Source: Tubulanus polymorphus
Taxonomy: Eukaryota; Animalia; Nemertea
Assembly: GCF_964204645.1 (NCBI RefSeq)
Contig: NC_134026.1
Coordinates: forward strand, 13,018,050 to 13,082,049
Length of the DNA stretch: 64,000 nt
Direction of reading: 5' to 3'
Part shown: positions 24,190-33,926 of the stretch, piece by piece
Position numbering within the stretch: the first letter of the stretch is position 1
How the letters are laid out: each line of letters starts with the position of its first letter
Position numbers and translations under genes: made by a program
Notes under the pieces: generated by a model
Seen by the model: only the letters and a program-made list of their open reading frames with translations
What the model was told of the DNA's origin: nothing
The model's database searches: none

Positions 24190-25602
24190 ATGGAAGTAGA
24201 AGGTGGACATGGGAAATAATAATGATGGGTATTTTGATGATGATTATAATGATGCTGAAACTAATATTGATAATGATGATGAAACAGCATATAGTTCTAA
24301 TTCAGCAGGTTCTAAAGGCCCATTAACAGATGAATTTGATAGAAGAACTAAATCGAGAATATATACTGAAAATGAAAATCCAGATTTAGTAAAACAAAAT
24401 TTAGAATATAATGAATATATTTATAATTTCAAACCTATATTTGAAAGATCTGGATATAATATCAATGATAGAGGTGCTAGATATTTAGTAAGAGAATTAA
24501 AATGTTTAGATGGTGAATATTATTATCATTTGAAAGATGATTATTATATTGATATCTCTTATAAAAAACAAAACAAAATATTAACAGAATCAACATTGAG
24601 TAATTTTGAACCATCTAGAATTAAAAGAATAAGGAATAGTAATGAAAAAGAAGATGTTACCATCACAGAAATAAATAAAAGAGTATTTAAACAAAGAATT
24701 GATGACTTATTTGAAACAATCAATAATATTTTAGAACCAGAAACAACTCCTGAACAGAATATAACTTCCAAACCTAGTAAAATCAAATAAAGCTCCAATT
24801 GAAAAACTTTTACCGAATGGATTAGTTGATGCAACAGATCAACAATTAGAAGATTTAAATATATTTTCTGATAAAGCAATTAGAGAAATAATTAGTATAA
24901 GAAATGAAGCTGATAAATTTGCACATGATAAAAGTATGAGATTTTAAAATTAGAACTTTAGAAAAAGATAGAACTGATAAAAATTAAAGAAATAGAACAA
25001 TTGAAATTAGATAGAGATAATAAAGTTATTGAAGAAATTGAATTTAAAAAAAAAATGCATATATAGAAAAAGAAAAAGATGATTTAGAATATAACATAGA
25101 ATTTCAGAAAGAAAAAATTGAATTATTATTAAAATCATATGATTATAATATTAATAGATTAAAAGTTATTTTCAAAGATTTATTGATAAAACCAGATTCT
25201 AAAACATCATTGAAAGATAGAATAAAATTATTATTTAAACTAGAAGGTATAACAATTCTTTCAATTCTAACAGCTGTAACTATGGTATTCACAACAATAG
25301 ATTTAGCAATATCAAATTCATCGAAATCTACACCTAACCCTAAACCACCGGATAAACCTCCGAGTAATAATTCTATACAAGATGAAGTGAAAGAGGGATT
25401 AAAAAAATTGGCAAAATATCTATGGGAACTATCTAAAAAATCTGCTGCAGCATTACCAGGATTTATTGCATCAATTGTTGGTTTTATATTGAAATCTGCA
25501 GGAAGTATTATTAAGTTTGCTGCTGAACATATTATTTTATTTTTAATTACAGTTGTAAGTCCTATTATTTTTGGGTTAGTTAATATGATCAAAAATAAAT
25601 AA
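24190..25602 (+). pseudogene. Polinton protein with acidic N-terminus, coiled coil and hydrophobic/amphipathic C-terminus (frameshifted)
   Basis: GITILSILTAVTMVFTTI; LPGFIASIVGFILKSAGSIIKFAAEHIILFLITVV. Confidence 0.75.
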
Positions 25603-25622
25603 TTAATTTTTCTCTTAAATAA

Positions 25623-26843
25623 ATGAGTGGAAGTTACATAAATCCTTCTAAGAATTCTAGAATACTAATGCTATTAAAGCAGAGAGATCTCATCATATCA
25701 TTACTCATAATCCTTCTAATATTAATCCCGATGAAACTTTATATGTTTTATACACAAAATACTTTTTATGTTCCAAATAGTATTTATTTATCAGCTGATA
25801 TAAAAGTAACTAGTAATAATAATAATTATGTCGTAGATAATGTTGGAAGATATTTGATTAAAAAATCAACTATAAAGATCGGTCCAGAAACAGTTTTTTC
25901 ATTAGATGATTATAATTTATTTACGCATTATAAAGATTTATGGTTAACAAAAGAAAATAGAAATAATATGATACTTCAAGGCATCCAATCAGAAAACCAA
26001 AATAAAATAAGATCTGAAGCTAATAATGCAGTAGTAACAAATGCTGTAGATTATTTGATTAAAAACATTTATGGAAGCAAATATAAAATTCCATTAGACT
26101 TTGAATTGATAAATAATAATGCGCCTTTATATAAATATGCAATTCCAGAACATATTATATTTGAGATAACATTTGCTCCTGTTAATGAAATTGTGCTATC
26201 GTTGTTAAGGATAATGGTTATAAATTATCGAATATATGTTTAGAATATGACACAGTAACTGATGAAATTATTGCTAGCACAATTCAAACTCAATATAATC
26301 AAGGATTTTCATTATTATATGATTATGTTGATAAATTTAAAACTGTAACTATTAATGCAAATGATGAAATAATTAATGAGAATATTAACTTATTAAAAGG
26401 TATATTAATATTTTTTTACAATTGCAACATATTCTAATGGTGCAATAAATGTTGATAATTATTATAATCCTGAAATATCAAAAGTAGAAATAACTATCGA
26501 AGGTATAGCAAATAATTTATTTTGTCAAGGAATGAGAATGATAGATCAGTGGCCAGAAATTAGAAAACATTTTATGAATGAAAAAAATAAATCATCTGAA
26601 AATTGTAACATTAATCAAATTGATTATTATACCGGTAATAAATACGCATTATGGTTAGATTTTAGAACAACAGAGGATAATTTATTACATGGTTCTGGTA
26701 AAAATTTACAGAACACTAAAGATGGAATACAATTATTCATGAATAAGGAAAAAGGAAGTTTAAATTTCAAAATGCACATTTATATTATATCTGACGCGCA
26801 ATTAAATATCGTTAATTCTCAATTAGATAGTGTTATGTATTAG
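25623..26843 (+). pseudogene. Probable major capsid protein (double jelly-roll/hexon-like) of the Polinton, frameshifted
   Basis: ~400-codon span; HNPSNI, VVDNVGRYLIKK, YKDLWLT, YKIPLDFEL, KYALWLDFRT..DN.LHG.G recalled from Maverick capsid genes; fold not verified. Confidence 0.7.
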
Positions 26844-26875
26844 AATTTTAATTTTAATAAAACTTTCTATAATAA

Positions 26876-27690
26876 ATGGATGCAGGTAAAGTATATAAAC
26901 ATATTCCATACATTGATTAACATGAAAATAATGGTGGCTTATTATGTAATACCTTGTAATATAGCTTTGATTTGATCTTATTTTCAAAAATTATAAAACT
27001 AAACTAATAGAATCGATGATAATAAAAGTGGAGTTGTTGATAATTTAAGTAATGAAATTGATAATAATGTTTTACCTTGTACATCAAATAATGTTTTACC
27101 TGTTCTACGCCCAATAATGAAATAATATTAAATTATAGTGAAAATAGAAATTATTGTGGTTACTGTAAAGATGAATTTTCAAACGCTCCAACAAATTGGA
27201 ATAATCATATGAATACAGTTGTACATATCAAAAATGTTATAAAACGTGTTGGTATAAGATAATTTATAGAACACCCATTTAGATATGTTACAAAGTTTGT
27301 TTCAAATAAAAAAGTAAATGGTAAAGATTTATATAAAGATTTATTAGGTGAATTTTTATCTAAGGAACCTAATAATGATAAATTAGATTTATCTGATGCT
27401 AAAAAAATATTAGGATCAAACATTGTAAATGAAATGTTGGAGTCAAACACTTAGAAAGAGGATAAGGAAAATATAGTTAATGGAAAGCATATTGATAATG
27501 AAGAATATATAGATACAGATTGGACGAAACGTAAAGTAGTAAAAAAAATAATGATGCGGTAGATAGGATGAAAAAGGATTATAATGAAGAAACTAATGAT
27601 GATCCGGTAGATAGGTTGAATAAAATGTGAGAGTCTGATGATGAATTGGAGAATGATGATGAAAATGATGTTAATTATCTCACATAATAT
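26876..27690 (+). pseudogene. Decayed Polinton gene with zinc finger
   Basis: TAAATG start; YCGYCKDEFSNAPTNWNNHMNTVVH; many stops. Confidence 0.45.
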
Positions 27691-27804
27691 ATTGGTTGAA
27701 AATTGTATAAAATGATAGTTAATAAAAAAGGGGTTTTAAGTATTTATGTATCTAATACGTATTAAGTGCGTATCTAATACGCACCTAATACGTATCTAAT
27801 ATGT

Positions 27805-28631
27805 ATTATTTGAAAATACCTTAAATCATATTTTTTTTAAAATTTATATTGAAACCTCAGTAATAACAAATAACCTTTATTATTTTCAAACTTATTCATA
27901 TATTAGTTGAAAAAATTAAAATAAATTGGTTGAAAATTGTATAAATAATATTTATTTCAAAAAGGGGGTTTTAAGTATTGAGGTATCTAATACGTATCTT
28001 ATACGTATCTAATACATAAATACTTAAAATACCTTATTTTGTAAATTTATATTCATATGGAAATTAAAGCCAGCAATTCAGTAGGTATAATTTGATTTTC
28101 TTCCAATGTTTGTTGCATAGATTTTCTATCTTTACTGTAGAATAAAACTAAAAATCTTATATTCTCCCTAAAATCTTTAACAATTGAATTATATTTTTGA
28201 TTTAAAACCCATGTTGTTATTTGAAAATACCTTAAATCATATTTTTTTAAAAATTTATATTGAAACCTCAGTAATAACAAATAACCTTTATTATTTTCAA
28301 ACTTATTCATATATTAGTTGAAAAAATTAAAATAAATTGGTTGAAAATTGTATAAATAATATTTATTTCAAAAAGGGGGTTTTAAGTATTGAGGTATCTA
28401 ATACGTATCTTATACGTATCTAATACATAAATACTTAAAATACCTTATTTTGTAAATTTATATTCATATGGAAATTAAAGCCAGCAATTCAGTAGGTATA
28501 ATTTGATTTTCTTCCAATGTTTGTTGCATAGATTTTCTACCTTTATTGTAGAATAAAACTAAAAATCTTACATTCTCCCTAAAATCTTTAACAATTGAAT
28601 TATATTTTTGATTTAAAACCCATGTTGTTAT
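27805..28631. repeat. Near-identical tandem duplication of ~411 bp covering the 3' end of the ATPase gene
   Basis: 27805-28216 repeats at 28217-28631; ORFs 28053-28310 and 28464-28664 share TTWVLNQKYNSIVKDFREN. Confidence 0.92.
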
Positions 28632-28996
28632 ACCAAAATGTCTCCCAAAAAAGCTAAATAGCATAGTTCACTTTCTCTAACTTTTGAATCAGGAAAATTA
28701 GCACAATCATCTATAATGAATAATGTATTTGAACCTTTATAAATATCAATTGCTATTTTTATACAATTATCTAGATTTTCTTTTACTGATTTAGGATCTA
28801 ATATAATAAACTTTTTTGTCTTAACTATATCATATGTTTTATTCATTTCATAAGTGGGGCAGAATAATATTATATTATCAAAATGATTCTTATAAATAGT
28901 TTCTAACAAGTCTAATATGAAATTTGTTTTACCACAGTTTGTTACCCTAGTAAATAACATATTATGCGGTTCAAATATAAATAAATCTTTATTCAT
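28464..28996 (-). pseudogene. A32/FtsK-HerA family genome-packaging ATPase
   Basis: Walker A (G>R)VTNCGKT, Walker B LFIIDD, then GRHFGITTWVLNQKY after a frameshift. Confidence 0.88.
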
Positions 28997-29009
28997 TTAT
29001 TCTTTTAAT

Positions 29010-30314
29010 TTTACTAGATAAAATCCATTCAATGAATTATTCATCGTACCCTTTATATTTCGCCAGAGAATACTTTTTTCCTTTAAGAGTTTTCGTTTTC
29101 AATACTTTTTCTATTTTGTATTCTATTTCCTCTGGATTTGGTACAAGTGATAATTCTTGTTCATAGAAATAACCTAATATTTTTTCATCTTTTAAATCTT
29201 CTAATTTATAAACAAAAGGTTTAGTTAATATTATCTTTTTAATCTTGAATATTTCTTCAGTAAAATTTGGAGTATAACCTTTATAAAAGGTTTTTCTATA
29301 TTGAGATATTCTAACGTGTTGCCCAAATTAAATTTTGGTTCTCCAAAATCATGTGTAACAAACGCTCCATATAAATTATTCCAAACTATTTCTGAATTAT
29401 CTTCTTTCTAGCTTGTATCGGTTTCTTACCAATACTTGAATGTTAAGAATTATTATAACCTTTCACTAAATCATCTAACACATCGATATATTTATATGTT
29501 CCATTAGCAGTAAAATATTTCCACATTCTAGTTTTCAATGTTTTATTTAACCTTTCTATAATAGATGCTTTTTTATCCGAGTGTGTTGAAAAATATTCTA
29601 CATCGTTTTCAGATAATAATTTTTAAAAGTGTTTATAATAGAATTCCTTACCTTCATCAAATTGTATCTTACCTGGGATAGCTTCTTTAAATATTGATTT
29701 AGGCTAAAAAAAATTGATACCTTGTTTCTCCGCTCTGCTGAGCTTAAATGTTGACCCGGCCGGCCGCCTATCTACCCTACACATTACTTTTTAAAAAAAT
29801 CGTGATCAATTTTACCATAACAGACCCGGCCGCTATAGAAATGAACTGTTTATAAATTTTATCATATTTTACAAAAATGACCCGGCCGCTGCGGAGAAAC
29901 AAGGTATCATTTTTGTTTAGCCTAAGGCATTTGTTACTTCTATACCAGTTTTATTTTTGATTGGAATTGACCATGCGTATCTACTGAATATATCTATTAC
30001 GTTTAATATCCAGAAATATCCTTTGTTGTATTCTTCTAACTTCTTCATGTCAATCAAATCTGCTTGCCATTGTTGATCGATATATGAAATCATAACTTTT
30101 CTTGTTAAATAATTTTTAAATCCATTTTCTTATGGATTTGATATGTTGGTTGATTTTGTAACCATAATCTTAATTCACTATATTCTATATTTTCTTTATC
30201 AAATTTTATTTTATCCCATAATTCTGTAACACTAGAATATGATACTTCACTCTCTGGGTTATAATATAAATCTCTTAAATATTGTTCTTTTTTATTCTTA
30301 TTTTTATTCATCAA
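29010..30314 (-). pseudogene. Retroviral-like (rve) integrase of the Polinton with chromodomain-like tail, interrupted by a MITE
   Basis: LYYNP, QWQADLIDM, VIDIFSRYAW, QFDEGKEF, KASIIERLNKTLK, YNNS.HSSIG, YKIEKVLK. Confidence 0.92.
29702..29922. mobile_element. MITE (PIF/Harbinger-like) inserted in the integrase
   Basis: TIRs GGCTAAA..TGATACCTTGTTTCTCCGC / GCGGAGAAACAAGGTATCA..TTTAGCC; TTA/TAA flanks; relative at ~55886-56085. Confidence 0.8.
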
Positions 30315-30656
30315 TAATAATTTTGGTTTATTTTCAATGATTTTATCGTTTGACTTATTTTCTGGTATAATAGGTTTATCATCGGAATCATTATTGTTAT
30401 TAAATTTAGATTTATATATTACACCAGAGAATATAATAACTGTGATTAACCCAATTGTAATATATAAGTAATTATTTCTTCCAGTATTAGAAGAATTAGA
30501 TGGATTATCATTCGAATCAATATCAGATAATTTCTGTGATTCATTTATATCAGTTAATTTCTTCGCTCTTTTTAATTCTTAAGATCTTTTACCCAACTCC
30601 CTTGCCCATTTAATTTGTCTTTCGGATCTAGGCTTCTTCTTAACATCATCACTCAT
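30300..30656 (-). pseudogene. Small basic single-pass membrane protein of the Polinton
   Basis: MSDDVKKKPRSERQIKWARELG...YLYITIGLITVIIFSGVIY; one internal stop; 3' end approximate. Confidence 0.55.
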
Positions 30657-30664
30657 TTATTTTA

Positions 30665-31247
30665 CTTAATTTTTGTTCTGATTCAATATCTTCTGATTTA
30701 TTTTTATCTTTACATGCTATAGGTTTGATATTTAAATGTTATTACACCAGTAGAAATAAATGTCATTATTCCACCTAATTGGAATGAAGCGTATCAAACC
30801 CATTTCTGTAATTCTGTCATAACTAAGTAGTCATTTTAAAATCACTATATAATTTATTTTCATCATCAATTGGTATTATCCGGTTACATAACTTAGAGTA
30901 ACATTTTATAATACCATCACTAATAGAGTCATTTATTCGGGCTTATCTAGCTTCTTCATATATTTTGAAATGTTTGATTACTTTATCTTTGTTCATATGA
31001 TCAAATTCTTGATACGTTATGATTTTTCCAATAAATTCCTTAGATTTTCCACCAGCAATTAGTAACTCTAGATGGCGCTTACAATATAAATAGTATTCGT
31101 AATCAAAATTATGATTTTGAATACAATTAGTTGCTGCATTATCATTTAATTTTCAATTTTGGATGGAATATCCTTATTATCAGTAATGCCCAAATCTTCA
31201 ATTGTCTTTTCAATATCAATACTATTCTAACTCGATTTCTTTGACAT
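30665..31247 (-). pseudogene. Polinton gene of unknown function with hydrophobic C-terminus
   Basis: KRHLELLIAGGKSKEFIGK...PIDDENKLYSD...LGGIMTFISTGVIT; TAAATG start; stops. Confidence 0.55.
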
Positions 31248-31917
31248 TTATTTTAGAGAAAAGTGAAAAAATATTAATAGTATTATGAAATGATACTAGC
31301 TAGTTAAAGTTAAAGAATTCTAGTATTGCCTAAAAATACTAGCTATTTAAAGTTGATGTTTTTTAATATTTTCTATTAAAAATCTATTTAATCTAGTGTT
31401 AATTAGAATTGCAAAAGAAAATATTAAAAATATAATAGAATTCACTATATAGTTGAAGTTATTGTTAATACTTTTTATTTAAATTAGGATTCAATATCTC
31501 ACTACTGTGGTCTATCTATAGGAGCGGTAACTATAACTGTCCAGATAAGTCATTTCGGATCCTCGATAATAAATCCTCAACTGAAAATCAATTTAACGAA
31601 AACACCGGGTGGAATTACTATTTCATAAACACATATATTTATTATGCAAATTGTAGCGATCGAAGATAGAACAATGGAGAACAATAGAAAAGCGGTCCTA
31701 GAAGACCGCTTTTCCTCAGTGCGCATGCGTCAATTATATAATTTATTCTGTAAACTACAACATTCAAACATAGAACTGTAAACAATCAATACAGAACAGC
31801 CGTCACCATCAACAACGACCGAACGACTAATGCATAACAATACAATATTAAAGCAGATTTACACAATCAAGATTACATTTTTTATATCTATATTACAAAG
31901 ATCTTCAGCGTTATAAT

Positions 31918-32669
31918 TTATAATTTCGTCCAGAATTCTTTAATTACTAAATCGTTTCCAATCATTTCTTCAATTTCTGGCAAATAGTCGACAACTTCAC
32001 TAAATTTTAAACGTATTAATTGGAATTTTTCATATTCTATCAATCTTCCTACTCTTCTCAGTTTTCTTTCATAACCGGCGCTAATTTCTATATTCTTTTT
32101 AACCCAAGCCCCCCAAGAAATCCCCTCTTTATCGAACATGTCAAACCCTATAATCAAATAACTCCCGAAAATGATGTGGTCCCGTAGGTGATTTGCTTTT
32201 CTTTTTAATATGGTCTTATAACTTATTTTTAATATATAAGTAATTTTATCAAATGAAATAACTTCTTCACTTTGTATTCTGGAAAGCTTAAATGTTCTGT
32301 TTCAATAATTAATTTAGATTTTAAAAACTTATTCAACTCTTCTCCACTCATTTTCTTAGTTTTCAATTTCTCGTGTCCTGACAGCAATTCAGATTCCTTG
32401 AGTCCCAACAGCAATTCCAGGTTTGTTGCAGGTAATTGTGGTAATCGTAGTTCGCGCGGTAATTGTTTATTACGAATTACATCACCCAGCATTTTCGCCA
32501 TTTCTTTATGATAATCCAAATGTTTTTGTAATTTTTTTAAAGTTTGTTTGTCAAAAAATAACTTGAGTTCCTTCCTCCATTTCTGTTGAATCCTGGGTTT
32601 CACTATCCATCGGTTCTGATTCCCCTTCCGATGGTTGAATGGAATTTCTGGTCGGTCTCTGTATTCCAT
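31918..32669 (-). pseudogene. Accessory gene of unknown function, split by a frameshift
   Basis: ORFs 32229-32876 (probable start MEYRDR at 32669) and 31918-32157 are contiguous; WGAWVKKNIEISAGYERKLR. Confidence 0.55.
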
Positions 32670-33105
32670 TTCAATCTTAAAGATGTCGTGAAAATGAATT
32701 ACTGTACTCAGATATGTTAAAAGTACCCCTTTCCCTACTTCATAATAACTACAAAAAAAAACGGTACTTACATTTAGATTTAGAACTGTAAACTGTGTTT
32801 CGAGAGAGAATATCCTATGCGTTCTGTATATGTGAATGTTGATTTCTAACTGCCAACGTGGCGCACGTTCGACCAAACTGATTATTTCTGTACGTTAACC
32901 TGGATGGTAACAGGCGTTCTTTTATGATGAAGTTAACTAATTCCTTACAAATGAAAACAATCATGCGACAGATGTTTTTGTAATCAACTATATACATACA
33001 GGGCTCAAATAGAGTTGCCGGTTTTCTAACCACTGATTAAAACCTCAGAATGCGGTTGATTCTGCGAACTACTATTCCATAATTCAACAAATGTCTTTGC
33101 TTTAT

Positions 33106-33693
33106 CTAATTGCTCCAAATATAACTGTAAATATAGTTCGTTTTTTTCCTAATATTTTCTACTTTTTCTAAAGGTCTTAAATTTCTCCAATTCCAGATTA
33201 GCTTCTGATTGTGTTCATCATTCATGTTGAATTTCGATATTGGTAAAACATGGTCTATTTGAAAGTATTCGCCATAATTGTTGATATTCATTTCATCATT
33301 AAACTGATATACAATCCATGATTTTAAGAATTCATCTGAACAACCCAACAAATTAGATAGTGTTGCTGAATGCGTTTCTTTGTTGAATAATTGTGTTAAT
33401 GTAGACCGTAAACATTGTTTCATTTTAAAATTAAGATCTGTTTTATATCTTTCTCTCATATATTCTGTCATATAATCATTATAATGTTTTCTATTATCTG
33501 CCCGATATTGCTTAGTATATAGTTTAATACAAGTTTTGCAGCAATATTGAAAACTATCTTTGCTAATCTTACGCATACTAAATTCTGTTATAGCTAATTT
33601 ATCTAATTCACATTTAGAACATTTCTTGTAGTATATATTTATAACACCAGTGTTATTTGTAATATTGATAGTTTGTGATTGTTCTGGCTCCAT
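33106..33693 (-). CDS. Zinc-ribbon plus HNH-like endonuclease of the kind found in large DNA viruses
   Basis: KKCSKC...CKTC, then FQIDHVLPISKF...WRNLRPL...NIRK. Confidence 0.75.
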   Translation of the reverse strand: MEPEQSQTINITNNTGVINIYYKKCSKCELDKLAITEFSMRKISKDSFQYCCKTCIKLYTKQYRADNRKHYNDYMTEYMRERYKTDLNFKMKQCLRSTLTQLFNKETHSATLSNLLGCSDEFLKSWIVYQFNDEMNINNYGEYFQIDHVLPISKFNMNDEHNQKLIWNWRNLRPLEKVENIRKKTNYIYSYIWSN

Positions 33694-33774
33694 TTTAATA
33701 TCAAATATTTGTTACTAAATTGATTTTAGAAGTTATTCATTTATATGTTATTCATATATATGAACATTATTAGG

Positions 33775-33926
33775 AGTAATAGGGAATATGTTGTTTCATA
33801 CCAAAGGTTGAAGGGGCGAGTGAGTAAAAAATGAAAAATAAATTCGAGCGTGCGAGAATTTATTTTTCATTTTTTATGAGCTCGACCCTTCGACCTTTGG
33901 TATGAAACAACATATTCCCTATTACT
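33775..33926 (-). repeat. Polinton terminus, copy 3: 152-nt terminal hairpin
   Basis: AGTAATAGGGAATATGTTGTTTCATACCAAAGG pairs perfectly with CCTTTGGTATGAAACAACATATTCCCTATTACT. Confidence 0.9.

Larger units (their letters stand above)
22410..33926. mobile_element. Polinton/Maverick (adintovirus-like) element: structural module, ATPase, integrase and right-hand hairpin terminus; left end missing; decayed
   Basis: Densely packed, intron-less, very AT-rich genes including capsid-like, packaging ATPase and rve integrase; ends in ...TATTACT. Confidence 0.9.

Noticed and set aside
18707-30314. Interpretation as a prophage or free giant-virus contig
   Set aside because: pPolB, rve integrase and packaging ATPase, pervasive decay and interleaved spliced eukaryotic transposons indicate endogenous Polintons in a eukaryotic chromosome.
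31520-31545. GCGGTAACTATAACTGTCC resembles the LSU rRNA I-CeuI site (TAACTATAACGGTCC)
   Set aside because: Match is short and imperfect with no flanking rRNA similarity; likely chance.
33860-33926. C-terminal extension of the capsid ORF 33860-34213
   Set aside because: Read-through into the inserted terminus; chimeric.
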